Virus record (IMG/VR): IMGVR_UViG_3300023179_000035
Location: 32,001-96,000 of that record
DNA from: a virus
DNA: 64,000 nucleotides
Direction: 5' to 3' (one strand)
Part shown: one piece after another, positions 27,647 through 38,349 of the stretch
Numbering within the stretch: position 1 is the stretch's first letter
How the letters are laid out: each line of letters begins with the position of its first letter
Notes under the pieces: generated by a model
What the model saw: the letters and a program-made list of their open reading frames with translations, nothing else
Told to the model about the DNA's origin: nothing
The model's database searches: none
Translations under genes and position numbers: made by a program

Positions 27647-30600
27647 TTGGCTAAAAGAAAAGGCGGCAAGGGCGGCGGTGAGCCGTACGATTTTTCTGCG
27701 CAGGCTACTGCCATGGCGGCCATGGCGGCCAGCATGGAGAACATCAATGAGAAGCTGACTAGCACCATTGAGGGCCAGCTTAAAGTGCTAGAGCAGCTCC
27801 AGAAGACGCTGGCCTCTCTCGCCGAGGCCGGAGAGGGGCCGGTCGCTGACGCCGCCGCTAACACGTCTAAGGCGGCCGAGGGGGCGCAACAGGTCAACGA
27901 GTCCCTAGAGGACATCATAAAAAACATGGACGAAGCCGGCGGGTCCGCCGCCTCCCTCGCGCAGGCTATAGCGAAAGCCTACGGCCGGCCAGAGCCCCAA
28001 AAGTTCAAGACCCTTCAGGGGCAGCTGGCCAAGGGGGCCAAGAAGTTCATCGACCAGTACAAGAACACTTCCAGCGTCCTGCTCTTCTTCCAGGGCCTGT
28101 CCCAGGGCGTCCAGAACGCCATGAACGTCTTGAAGGGCGCCACGTCTATAGCTACCAGCCTGGCCTCCTCGCTCTTCAACATCGGCTTCGCCATCGCCTC
28201 CATACCGTTCCAGATGTTCCAGAAGCTGATGGACTTCGCCGCCAAGGCCACCGGTGGCACCGAGTTCGCCCAGGCCCGAGAGAACGTCCGCAAGTACTTC
28301 GGCGACCTGAGGACTGGGACCTCCGCCATGGTGCTAGACGTCGGCACAAAGATGCAGGGCTTCGCGAAGAACACAGGCCTGAGCCTCTACAGCGTCTTTG
28401 GGGACGCCGCCGAGATGCTCAACTACGTCAACGAGATGGCCCAGGGCATCGGGGCCGCCCTGCCCTCAATGCTCAAGTCCTTTGGCAAGAAACAGCAGGG
28501 CACGCTCTTCGCCTTCGCCAAGGGCCTAGGCCTAGGAGCGGAGGAGATGAGGTCAATCGGCCTCTACGCTCTCGCTTCAGGCAAGGACGCCAAGCATGTC
28601 TTTCAGGACATGACCAAGATGGCCCTGCAGCTGGAGAAGGCCTACGGCGATAACGCTAAGGTCTTGGGCAGGGACGTCGGCAAGGCCATCAAGGACGTTG
28701 GTGTCTTCGGCAACGCCACCGTGGAGACCCTCTTCAAGGGCGCCACTTACGCTCGCGGCCTTGGGGTAGAACTGGACCACATTAAGGGCACGCTAGGCGC
28801 TTTCGGCACCTTCGAGCAGGCCGCTGACAACGTCTCTATGCTGACGCAGGCCTTTGGCGCCAACATTGACACCATGGAGCTGCTGCAGGCGGGTGCCGGC
28901 GGCGACGCCGCTAAGCAGGTAGACATCCTTCGAAAGTCACTGTTCAGTGCCGGCGTCTCTGCCGACACGATGAACAACTACAACCTCAAGCTGTTGGCCT
29001 CTAGCACTGGCCTGTCAGAAGAGGTGGCCCGTACCGTCTTTTCTATGAACAACCAGGGCAGGTCGCTGCAGGACATCCAGAAGCAGGCTGACGCGGCCAA
29101 GAAGAAGGAGGAGGCCTACCAGGAGACACTTCGGCGTCTCGCTCCATCCATCGAGAGGGTGGTGAGGCAGTTCGAGATGGTGGGGTCCTTCTTCGAGATG
29201 TTCTTCAAGGGGATGGCCAGGGCCCTTGTCATGTTCGGCCCCTTTAGGGACGTCGTCTTCGACATCAGGAAGGCCCTGATGCACACCTTCCAGATCGGCT
29301 TCCAGTTCGGCATGAAGTTCTTCGGCATCCTCGAGAACACTTTCGGTCTCTTCACTGCGATGCACAACTTTTTCAAGCAGGGTGGCATAGAGAAGTTCTT
29401 TAATACCTTCTCGGGTATCTTGGAGAGGTTCACTCGGTCACTCGCTACGGGCCAGGGTGACGTGAAAGGGCTGCTCGACGACTTCTCGAGGCTCATCACT
29501 GACTTCTTCAGCGGCAACAATCCAGCATTCGCCGGCATAGCCGCCTCCTTCCAGAAGATCATGGCGGTCGTCGGGGCCACCATAGGCGCCGGCATTAGGG
29601 CGCTATCGCCCATGGTAATCAACGCCCTCGACTTCCTTATCAACCTCATCATCGACCCAAAGAGGGCGGACGCCCAGATAAACCAGGCAACGGGCATTAT
29701 GGGCCCATTCGTCATGCCCATCTACACTGCCCTGCGCGAGAACCTTCCAAAGATAGCGTCCAAGATGGGTGACCTGCTGTGGGAGCTTTTAGGACTCGCT
29801 CGGGCTGAGCTATGGAAGGGCAGAGATTTTATGCTTCTTGGCATGTCATTTGGAACTGCCTTAGCCTCATATGCTCTAATACCGGGTATTATTAAATTTG
29901 GTCTCGGAAGATTGTTTCAAAGTTCGGCTACTAGCGCTATTACACAAGCGATCTATCAGGCGGCAGCGGCTGCAGAGGCAGGTAAGGCTGGAGAATTAGC
30001 TGCCTCGCAGCTAAGTCAAGGTTGGATATCCTATCTTGGAAATCCTGTAAGTACAGCGATGTTTAAAACATCATTTACTTCTTTCTTAGGGGCTGCGGGA
30101 CTTCTTGCAGCGTCCTTCACCGCAGGATGGGCATTAGGTAAAATGATTGCTGATTCTGTCGGCCAAGGGATGAGAGATAATGCAAAACAATCTGCTGACA
30201 GCGCTGATAAATTCACAAAAGATATATTGGCCGAGCAAGATAAGAAGAAAAAAATTGAAATAGCTAAAAAAGAACTTGAAGAACAGCAGGCATTAAGACA
30301 AAAAGCCAAAGAAGACGCAGAGAAGCTTAGTTGGGCTGAAACAGGCATGGTAGCAGGCGTAGGAGCACTAGGATTTGTTGGAGGGTCAATTGTAGCGCCA
30401 GGCGCAGGATCAGTTGCAGGTGCAGTAGGCTTATCAGCTGCCGCCGGGGTGGCTTTTAAAGCAGCAAAAATGAAGGAATTTGATGCGAATGCAGCTGCAT
30501 TTGACCTAAGGATTATGAGTGCTCAATCAATTATTGATGCGTATGAAAATCCAAGCAGTCCTGCCTATAAAGCGCGTGAAAATGCTGAAGCACAGGCAAA

Positions 30601-31825
30601 AAAAGCTCAAGAAGCGGCAGCTGAAAAATCGCAGAGAGACATGGCTCTGTCATCCCTCGGTGCAGTTACGCCAGAAAATGTCCAAGAGAGGATAAAGTCC
30701 TTCAAGGACATGGCTGCAAAATTAACCGTTGACGAGATAAAAGGCATCAACGCTACGATGAAGTCTATCCGCGATGCGATGGACCAGATCGACTGGCGTG
30801 TAATGGGACCTGACGCTGAGAAAAATTTTAAGGACAAGGTCCTGCAGGTCAAGATATTCCAAGACCTCATAACTTCCGTCACTACGTCTATTAATGCAGT
30901 TATTCAGGCCAACCAGACAGTCGCTGGGTTCAAGCCAGCCTGGACGACGTTCAGCAAGGCGATGGGCGACGTCTTCATGACCATAAATTCATACTTTGAT
31001 GCTGGGCAGGGCCCGACCCTTGGCTCCGCATTGACCCTCACTGACTCCACGAAGGCTAGCCTAAAGAGCGCGGCGGATAGCGCCGACGCCGCCGGCCAAT
31101 CTTTCACTAGCATGAAAGGCGGCGTGTCGAGCATGGTGGCGGCTGTAGGCCAGATCACAGCGACAATACCAACAGGAGTCGGCACGGCGCAGGCCATCGC
31201 CCAGTCAGCTGGCTCCCTTTACAATATCTTCAACGCGATATACGCTGGTTACAGCGTCGACTCTCCGATAGGCAGGCTCCTGTCCTCCTCGCCGGTGGCG
31301 ACGTCTTTTACTACCATGGACCAGGCGAAGTCTAGCATCGACGCCGCGACCCAGAAGGTGCAGACTACAATGGGCGCCGCCAAGGAGCTCTTCAAGGCGT
31401 CTAACGAGTTCAACACAGAGCTAGGCAAACTAAAGGGCCAGAACTTCAACGTCAAGGCCTCCCTCGACTCCTTGGGCAACCGCCTCGGCTTCGGAGACCA
31501 GGTGACGCTCCGCAACGACAAGGTGGTCATCAACCTGGAGGTGTCGGTCGACATGAAGGCTGACACCCTGGAGAGGATACTGGTCCTGCGCAAGGACTCT
31601 ATCATTAGGGACAGGCTGGACTGGTCCGTTAGGGCGTTGAAGATTAATTTAGACAACAAGTCAGATGGGACAAGTTATGCAACCAACGCAGCGGTCTCCA
31701 ACCCTGAGACTGCAAAATACGAAACGCAGCAACTGACTTACCCCACCCTGCTTGATGAGTTGCCGCATGACCCAGGCGGACACGTTAAGAGAGCTGTGAC
31801 AGACAGCACGCACCAAGCTAAGTAA
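27647..31825 (+). CDS. Tape measure protein
   Basis: 1392 aa, Ala/Gly-rich and helical with hydrophobic segments; sits between chaperone and baseplate genes. Confidence 0.85.
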   Translation: MAKRKGGKGGGEPYDFSAQATAMAAMAASMENINEKLTSTIEGQLKVLEQLQKTLASLAEAGEGPVADAAANTSKAAEGAQQVNESLEDIIKNMDEAGGSAASLAQAIAKAYGRPEPQKFKTLQGQLAKGAKKFIDQYKNTSSVLLFFQGLSQGVQNAMNVLKGATSIATSLASSLFNIGFAIASIPFQMFQKLMDFAAKATGGTEFAQARENVRKYFGDLRTGTSAMVLDVGTKMQGFAKNTGLSLYSVFGDAAEMLNYVNEMAQGIGAALPSMLKSFGKKQQGTLFAFAKGLGLGAEEMRSIGLYALASGKDAKHVFQDMTKMALQLEKAYGDNAKVLGRDVGKAIKDVGVFGNATVETLFKGATYARGLGVELDHIKGTLGAFGTFEQAADNVSMLTQAFGANIDTMELLQAGAGGDAAKQVDILRKSLFSAGVSADTMNNYNLKLLASSTGLSEEVARTVFSMNNQGRSLQDIQKQADAAKKKEEAYQETLRRLAPSIERVVRQFEMVGSFFEMFFKGMARALVMFGPFRDVVFDIRKALMHTFQIGFQFGMKFFGILENTFGLFTAMHNFFKQGGIEKFFNTFSGILERFTRSLATGQGDVKGLLDDFSRLITDFFSGNNPAFAGIAASFQKIMAVVGATIGAGIRALSPMVINALDFLINLIIDPKRADAQINQATGIMGPFVMPIYTALRENLPKIASKMGDLLWELLGLARAELWKGRDFMLLGMSFGTALASYALIPGIIKFGLGRLFQSSATSAITQAIYQAAAAAEAGKAGELAASQLSQGWISYLGNPVSTAMFKTSFTSFLGAAGLLAASFTAGWALGKMIADSVGQGMRDNAKQSADSADKFTKDILAEQDKKKKIEIAKKELEEQQALRQKAKEDAEKLSWAETGMVAGVGALGFVGGSIVAPGAGSVAGAVGLSAAAGVAFKAAKMKEFDANAAAFDLRIMSAQSIIDAYENPSSPAYKARENAEAQAKKAQEAAAEKSQRDMALSSLGAVTPENVQERIKSFKDMAAKLTVDEIKGINATMKSIRDAMDQIDWRVMGPDAEKNFKDKVLQVKIFQDLITSVTTSINAVIQANQTVAGFKPAWTTFSKAMGDVFMTINSYFDAGQGPTLGSALTLTDSTKASLKSAADSADAAGQSFTSMKGGVSSMVAAVGQITATIPTGVGTAQAIAQSAGSLYNIFNAIYAGYSVDSPIGRLLSSSPVATSFTTMDQAKSSIDAATQKVQTTMGAAKELFKASNEFNTELGKLKGQNFNVKASLDSLGNRLGFGDQVTLRNDKVVINLEVSVDMKADTLERILVLRKDSIIRDRLDWSVRALKINLDNKSDGTSYATNAAVSNPETAKYETQQLTYPTLLDELPHDPGGHVKRAVTDSTHQAK

Positions 31826-31842
31826 CCCTAGCAGGTCATGAC

Positions 31843-32070
31843 ATGAAATCACAAAAGTTTATAGACATGCTGAGGTCCGACCCCAGCTATGCGGCCGCCC
31901 TGGCGGCCGCCCCAGACGAAGAGACCCGTCGCAAGGTGGCCGCCGCCGCTGAGTCACTAGCCCTAAAACTAGGAGAGGTCCTCGACCCGTTCATGGAGAC
32001 AGCCAGGGGCAACCCTGACTTCGCTCGGGCTGTCTCCAGCGTGATCGCCAAGGGCGGAGGGCAGAAATAG
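31843..32070 (+). CDS. Small hypothetical protein
   Basis: 75-aa Ala-rich ORF after the tape measure gene. Confidence 0.6.
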   Translation: MKSQKFIDMLRSDPSYAAALAAAPDEETRRKVAAAAESLALKLGEVLDPFMETARGNPDFARAVSSVIAKGGGQK

Positions 32071-32122
32071 CCTCCGCTGCTGTAGTTAAAACACAGCGGC
32101 AGGGCCGCGATAGGAGACAGCA

Positions 32123-35104
32123 GTGGCCAATCCGCCGAAAGACAGCGTAATTAGCACGCCTGGGCATGGCATAGGAGTTGAGACGGGCGACGGTGGGTTC
32201 GACGTAGGCGATGGAGTAACGCGGACGTATGAGCCGAGAGATCCCGCGGCCGAGCCCACGACGAAGCCACGCGACAGGGTCATAGACGTAAGCTTCACCA
32301 CCAACGGCGTGCCCAACGACCTGCCCAAGAAGACGATAGAGACTCTGGGCAGCTACCTGGTGAAGTTGACCGCCAAGAACAAGTACCCAGTCTCGCCCAT
32401 TGACCAGACGACTTCTTACGCTGACGTCAACGCTGACTCTCCCAGGGTCCACGCGGGGTACGCGTTCGTCCAAGAGACGACGAACGTCCCCAGCATGGAG
32501 TCCCAGACAGGCACCGGAAAAAAATTTGCGAATGACAGTAGGCAGTTCCTCAGGCCGCAGCCCTACCTCATCAGGCCGCAGCCCAACACAGAGGTCGGTG
32601 AGCCTAATTTTAGGGACGCCTCTAGCGAGCCAGAGGGCAACTACGTCACCGAGGCTATCGCGAAGTCAGGACGCTGGAGCAGCGTCAATAGCTTCTCTTC
32701 TAACTTTATGGCAGGCGCGCCGTCAGACCCACAGTCTTCCCTCATTGTCGACAGAGAGCTGGGCGATAACGTCTTCGGCAAGAAGCTAAAGAGGCAGGCT
32801 CTTACGTCTAGGTTCGTGGCGCTTGGGGCGGGTCTAACACAAGTCGCCACAGGTGAGCTGGCGGCCCAGCTACCTCTCTTCGACCCGAACGATCCTAACA
32901 CAATCTTTGCTAACAAGACAGTGCCGGGTCTCGAGCAGCTGACTGCAGCAAACTCTATAAAGACTGCTGTCCTCCAGGCCCAGGCAGTCTTTGATAAGGC
33001 CGATAGGCTGCCGTCTGACCCTACGTACCTCAGCATCAACGACGTCACGTGGGGGCAGCTCAACAATGTTGACGATAACTTCACAGGGCAGGGCATGTGG
33101 TTGCTCGCGTTGGCCCAGTTTGCAGTCGTCAAACTGGCTGTGGCGGCCGTGGGCGCCGTACTCGGTCTCATCACAAAGTCTGCAGACGCAGCAAGCTTCT
33201 TAGGCCTTACTCAGACAGACCGGGTGTCATACAGCGACGCCGTGGACTATGGCTTCAACATATTTTTCGCAGGGTATGAAAATCCGACAGTCGACAAGGC
33301 AATCGCGTCTTTCTTGGCGCCATTCAAGAACGACAACGGCTTTCGAGTCGTGCATTTTCGTGTGTTGATTCGGTCGGCCATACTGCTCGTTGAGAAGCTA
33401 TCAGCCTTGATAGGCGGCGGCCTCGGCCTCGTGACGAACATCTTTGAGATTGTGTCTGCCATCAAGACTTCGCACCTCTTCGCGACCCTTAACGCGTTTG
33501 CTAAGATCGGTGATCTATATGCTTACTTACAAGTTATTGGAGATATAAGTCTTAAGGACGACAGGGGGTTTATTATTCCAGGAGATGAAAGTTCAGTTAC
33601 ACCAGCTGATAGTGTCAAGCTGAGAGCGGACGCACTGCTCTCAGTAGCTGGTTTGACTGGTCATTCTAAAAAAATTACAAGATACAAGCTAGGCAGCTTT
33701 GAAGAGGCCGCCCCAGACGACGTTAAAGATAATCGCGAAAGCGAGATGTCAGTGCGTAGAAAAGTTTCGATTCTCATGCCTGTTGTAAAATTAGGAGATT
33801 TAAAATTAGGCGTTAATGTTCCGCCTACGTCAGCTTTTGATGCCTCCCCAGACAGTGTCGATGAGAACTTCAGGGTAAAGACCGGTGTGGTCAGCACATT
33901 AGAAAGTTTCCTAGAGTCTGAGTATTTCCCGTTCTACTTCCACGATCTTAGGACCAACGAGATAGTCTCTTTCCACGCTTTCCTGGCTTCGCTAACCGAC
34001 AGCTACACTGCGTCGTATGATTCAGTCGAAGGAATGGGACGTGTGGAGCCAGTGAAGCACTACAAGGGGACCACGCGTAAGTTTGGGTTTTCATTCTACG
34101 TCGTGGCGACTAACGAGGACCAAGTGTCGCCGATGTATGACAAGATCAACAAGTTGACGACCTTGTTATACCCGCAGTACACGAGCGGGAAGGTCGTCTT
34201 CCAGAACCAGAAGAGGTTCGTCCAGCCCTTCAGCCAGTTGATCGGAGCGTCTCCGCTTGTCAGGATAAGACTAGGCGATATAGCGCGCTCCAACTATTCT
34301 AAGTTTGCCTTAGCTAGGCTTTTTGGAGCCGGGACAGGCTCTGACAAGTTTAATATAGATGGCAACACCGAAATCAAGCCAGTGCCGCCAGAGAATTTAG
34401 TATACTACTACGAACCTCAGAACTCCGGTCAGCCGGTGGCTGTTTCTACTCAAGATGGTGGTGGTCCAATTGACTACATCTCGCCTACCGGGTGGTCTAT
34501 AACAATAACTGGCGGTACGACAGGCGTTGTAATTAATTCTGCTAATGGTCTGGAGTATGTGGAGTATGTCACTGGCAAGTTAAAAATGAAAGAGGGCTTC
34601 AGGGAAGGGCCCTTAGCTAAATTTAAGGGGCGTAATCCTGGTAAGTTCAGGACGGCAACTGTTAAAAAATTTGATGGCGAGACAGTCTTTATAAAAAAAA
34701 GTTACCTCACTCAGACAGTGACAGTCATCAACGCTAAGGACGTAAGCGAGGTAAAGTCATACAACACCACGGCTGACATTAGTAATTCTTTAAGCATTTC
34801 CAACATGCTCGACCCGACCACGTCTGCTATCGTTCGTCACTTTGAGCACAACAGTGGCAAGGGCCTCGCGGGGCATATAGACCAAATGGACTTCGACTGG
34901 TACTCAAATACGAGATGGAACACAGGTGACCAGGGCAGGTCGAACGGTTTCGTCCCAATGATGTGCAAGGTCACGGTGAACTTCTCCCCCGTTCACGACA
35001 TTTCTCCTGGCCTCGACAGCCAAGGCTACAACCGCGCTCCAATCTACCCGCGCCCGCCAACGCCAGCCCCTAGGTCAGGTATAATTCGTGATGTTCCATT
35101 CTAA
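32123..35104 (+). CDS. Baseplate / tube-initiator-like structural protein
   Basis: FPFYFHDLRTNE..SFHAFL.SLTDSY, GRVEPV..Y..TTR, PLVRIRLGD and P.MCKVTVNF.PVHD motifs. Confidence 0.65.
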   Translation: MANPPKDSVISTPGHGIGVETGDGGFDVGDGVTRTYEPRDPAAEPTTKPRDRVIDVSFTTNGVPNDLPKKTIETLGSYLVKLTAKNKYPVSPIDQTTSYADVNADSPRVHAGYAFVQETTNVPSMESQTGTGKKFANDSRQFLRPQPYLIRPQPNTEVGEPNFRDASSEPEGNYVTEAIAKSGRWSSVNSFSSNFMAGAPSDPQSSLIVDRELGDNVFGKKLKRQALTSRFVALGAGLTQVATGELAAQLPLFDPNDPNTIFANKTVPGLEQLTAANSIKTAVLQAQAVFDKADRLPSDPTYLSINDVTWGQLNNVDDNFTGQGMWLLALAQFAVVKLAVAAVGAVLGLITKSADAASFLGLTQTDRVSYSDAVDYGFNIFFAGYENPTVDKAIASFLAPFKNDNGFRVVHFRVLIRSAILLVEKLSALIGGGLGLVTNIFEIVSAIKTSHLFATLNAFAKIGDLYAYLQVIGDISLKDDRGFIIPGDESSVTPADSVKLRADALLSVAGLTGHSKKITRYKLGSFEEAAPDDVKDNRESEMSVRRKVSILMPVVKLGDLKLGVNVPPTSAFDASPDSVDENFRVKTGVVSTLESFLESEYFPFYFHDLRTNEIVSFHAFLASLTDSYTASYDSVEGMGRVEPVKHYKGTTRKFGFSFYVVATNEDQVSPMYDKINKLTTLLYPQYTSGKVVFQNQKRFVQPFSQLIGASPLVRIRLGDIARSNYSKFALARLFGAGTGSDKFNIDGNTEIKPVPPENLVYYYEPQNSGQPVAVSTQDGGGPIDYISPTGWSITITGGTTGVVINSANGLEYVEYVTGKLKMKEGFREGPLAKFKGRNPGKFRTATVKKFDGETVFIKKSYLTQTVTVINAKDVSEVKSYNTTADISNSLSISNMLDPTTSAIVRHFEHNSGKGLAGHIDQMDFDWYSNTRWNTGDQGRSNGFVPMMCKVTVNFSPVHDISPGLDSQGYNRAPIYPRPPTPAPRSGIIRDVPF

Positions 35105-35130
35105 GTTATCACGGCAAGGGAGGTGAGGAT

Positions 35131-35424
35131 ATGGCAAACTCAAGGTACTCAAACACGAGGACAATCTTTCCTGGCAACTACTACGGGACGTCTTCCACAG
35201 TCGCCAGTATCAGGGCCGCTCTGGAGCAGGGGACGCTGTCTTTCAGGACTCGTTATACGACAGGCAACGAGAGGCTTGATACCATAGCCGCCCAGGAGTA
35301 TGGAGACGGTAGGTATTGGTGGGTCGTGGCAGCCGCCTCCGACATTGGGTGGGGCATGCAGGTACCCCCAGGAGTCTACCTACGGCTGCCCAACATAAAC
35401 GAAGTCATGGTCTACCTGGGCTGA
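35131..35424 (+). CDS. LysM-like baseplate protein (gp53/gpX-like)
   Basis: ERLDTIAAQEYGDGRYWWVVAAAS...PPGVYLRLP. Confidence 0.75.
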   Translation: MANSRYSNTRTIFPGNYYGTSSTVASIRAALEQGTLSFRTRYTTGNERLDTIAAQEYGDGRYWWVVAAASDIGWGMQVPPGVYLRLPNINEVMVYLG

Positions 35425-35427
35425 GTC

Positions 35428-38310
35428 ATGGCAGCAGGCGGATTTTTTAACAGCCTAGAGGCAGTGTTAGGTGGCCTTACAGCCACAGACAGCCTCGCTG
35501 CGCGCATACAGGCAGATGACAGCACTCCCGAGTCTTTTCTGCTTAACAACGTGATGTTCCCGCGGTCGCCGACCCTGCTGTCGACGGACTACATCATGAG
35601 TGAGACGGAAGGGTCCGGTAGGTTCCCTACCGGCAACTCTGTCGTCAGAATACTGGAGCCGAAAGAGGCCAAGAAGTTTATATGCTCAAAAACGCAAATC
35701 GGTCCTTCAGAGCGGGTCATGGCGATGGACATCCTGACACCCAAGGCTAGCTACACGGGCTTCAACGCCAACAGGGTGTCGCTGTTCATCAACTCCCTGC
35801 CGCCAATCGTCGCCAACAACCTCGTTCCATACGTGGAGGTCGAGTTTGAGATGCCTGCGAAACAATCTGGGAACAGCTTCAAGCCGTTCGGCCTGAACAG
35901 ATTTTTCTTAGGTGATTCTGACCCAACTGGCTTTGACTTAGGCCACCAGGCTGCCCGACTAGGAGTGTCGAAGACTCCGAAGGGGGATACTATCTACACA
36001 GCTTACGCTGGGATGGAGTTATTTACATCCCCGTCCACACTATACTCAAAGCCTGAGAGCAACGGCTACAAGATCAAGCCGATCCTCAACCCATACGCTC
36101 CCCTGGCGGTCATCAACTCCTTTGAGGTGTCAGTGGCGTCTTCCGGCCAGGGGCAGGGTTTCAACCAGCTGTCCAAAGGGACGCTGACGATGACGATATT
36201 GGACAGGAGCCGGCTCAGGGAGTTTGGTGAGCTCTTCCAGATAAGTCAGTACGGCAAGGCTACAGTCTGGATCACTTATGGCTGGAGGTGCAAGGTGCTG
36301 TCAGCCGGCGACCCATTCGCTGAATTCATCAACAGCTGCATGCTTAACAGGCAGTCTTTCACCATAACACAGCCTGGCTATTCATTTGAGAATAACATGG
36401 TCAAGGTCTCCATGACGCTGGGCTCCAAGACTTTTGATGAGCTAAACGGCATGACCCTGGCGGACGCCTATCTTGGGACGGGGTTCAAGTCCAACTACGG
36501 CGTTAGTGAGACTTGGAAGAAAATAAGGGTGCCTGGCAGCAAGCAGACATACGAAGGGATGATAGTGCTCCTCAACGAGCTAAAGGAAAAGCTAAGCGCA
36601 AACGTGTCTGACGTAGACGCCCTAGGCGCTGGTAGTTTAATACCTGCTATGAACACCACACCGCAACCTGAGGCGGCTGATCCAACCATAAAGGAAAAAA
36701 TAAAGAACCTAGCTGACGCTCTCAAAAAGGCGGCAGACAAGAAGTACAATCAAAAACCCGGCGCAAACGCGAAAGTTAAAAAGGCCAGCGGCCAAGACAA
36801 AAAAGCGTTGCAGGACGCCAATAAAAGCATAGACGAGCTAGCCAAGTCGCTAAGCGAGTACTATAGGGTCAATAGCAGTAAGGACTCCAAGAAGAACGGC
36901 AAGTACGTGCAGTACCTTGAGAACCTAGACAGGTCGACTGACGCTGCCAAGAAGCTGCTGGAAGATATTAGCAACGTAGAGTATGACCCTTACAACTCTA
37001 AGTGGCGTGACCGAGCCGCCCAGCAGAACTGGAACCCTAACTCTAAGCACAAGAGCCTACCGTCAGAGAGGTCAAAAGGTGGTAACACACCGAAGCAGGG
37101 GGCGGCCCGACTGAACCCGACCTACATTTCCCTTGGGGTAATCCTGCTGAAGGTGCTGGGCACCGCTGCCCTGGCCCAGGACAGGATAGGGGACGTGCAG
37201 TTCGTCTTCTACAAGATGAATAGCCACACCGCCGGGGCCAGTGACCTGCTGCTGTCAGAGTTTCCAATTGACATGGAACGCCTGCGGGGTGAGTACGCTC
37301 GTGAGGTGGCCAAGAACGGCGGTGTTCCACTGTCTATGGGCGTCTTTCTCAGCCTGCTGACCTCTCAGGTCAACGATGTGCGGTCAGAGATCTATGGCCT
37401 CAAGAAGTACTTTAAGCCAATCGCCAAGGACGGACCCCCTGACCAAGCTGTCACAAAAGACGAGTGGAAGGACAACCTGCCTCAAGAAGTGAAGTCTTTC
37501 GTGCAGCCGTACGTCGGTATAGACGTTCAAGTCGCAGAGCGCACATCAGCTCCAAGCAATAGCGGCGCTACCATCGACCTATTACAGTCGCTGTCTGTGT
37601 CTGCAAAGCTCAGAAAGCAGGCAGCGGGTGTCTACCCACTGGTCATGAGGATACACGTCTACGACAACAATCACGTAACAGTGTCCAACATCAAGACGCC
37701 GTCTCCACCATTTGGTAGCGAAGCCCCAGACGACGCGAAGCTAAGGGAACAAGCGGCTGACATGCTTGCTGCGAAGGTCGGGCCAGGCAGGATATCGCTG
37801 GACAAGACGTCGAAGGGCGTCTACGAGTACACGTTCAAGGACGCGACTGCGTTTGATGACCTGATCTCGTCCTACATGCCCTCTATCATCATTGGTGCCA
37901 ACGGATCGACCATCATAACAGCAGCCGTTAATACCAAGATGAACCAGCTGATGCAGACTGCCGCCCTTGTCGGAAACAGCCCAGGCATGTCTTCTACTGG
38001 AGCTCCCTCCATTGTCTCGCCTAGCGGCCTGCCGTATGTCATCATACCCGCTGAGGTCAACATCACGATGCTTGGGTGCCCGCTGGTTAGGTTTGGACAG
38101 ACTTTTTACATAAACTTCAACACTTCCACCACCCTTGACGGTGACTACTACGTCGGCACCCTGAGCCACGGCTTCTCCCCAGGCAAGTACACTACGACAA
38201 TGAAGCTGGCACCCCGCTCTGGGGCCGCTTCTTTCGCGAGCGGGAAGAACATAGTCGACCAGCTCAAGAACATAGAGAAGTACCTCGGGCTGTCGACTCC
38301 GACCGGCTAA
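35428..38310 (+). CDS. Baseplate hub-like protein (gp27/late-control-D-like C-terminus)
   Basis: C-terminal ITMLGCPLVRFGQ.FYI.F.T.TTLDGDYYV..LSH.FSPGKYTT; follows the LysM gene. Confidence 0.6.
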   Translation: MAAGGFFNSLEAVLGGLTATDSLAARIQADDSTPESFLLNNVMFPRSPTLLSTDYIMSETEGSGRFPTGNSVVRILEPKEAKKFICSKTQIGPSERVMAMDILTPKASYTGFNANRVSLFINSLPPIVANNLVPYVEVEFEMPAKQSGNSFKPFGLNRFFLGDSDPTGFDLGHQAARLGVSKTPKGDTIYTAYAGMELFTSPSTLYSKPESNGYKIKPILNPYAPLAVINSFEVSVASSGQGQGFNQLSKGTLTMTILDRSRLREFGELFQISQYGKATVWITYGWRCKVLSAGDPFAEFINSCMLNRQSFTITQPGYSFENNMVKVSMTLGSKTFDELNGMTLADAYLGTGFKSNYGVSETWKKIRVPGSKQTYEGMIVLLNELKEKLSANVSDVDALGAGSLIPAMNTTPQPEAADPTIKEKIKNLADALKKAADKKYNQKPGANAKVKKASGQDKKALQDANKSIDELAKSLSEYYRVNSSKDSKKNGKYVQYLENLDRSTDAAKKLLEDISNVEYDPYNSKWRDRAAQQNWNPNSKHKSLPSERSKGGNTPKQGAARLNPTYISLGVILLKVLGTAALAQDRIGDVQFVFYKMNSHTAGASDLLLSEFPIDMERLRGEYAREVAKNGGVPLSMGVFLSLLTSQVNDVRSEIYGLKKYFKPIAKDGPPDQAVTKDEWKDNLPQEVKSFVQPYVGIDVQVAERTSAPSNSGATIDLLQSLSVSAKLRKQAAGVYPLVMRIHVYDNNHVTVSNIKTPSPPFGSEAPDDAKLREQAADMLAAKVGPGRISLDKTSKGVYEYTFKDATAFDDLISSYMPSIIIGANGSTIITAAVNTKMNQLMQTAALVGNSPGMSSTGAPSIVSPSGLPYVIIPAEVNITMLGCPLVRFGQTFYINFNTSTTLDGDYYVGTLSHGFSPGKYTTTMKLAPRSGAASFASGKNIVDQLKNIEKYLGLSTPTG

Positions 38311-38349
38311 TACAACAGGTCACCTAGGTGGGTAGTATGACGTGGGCCA

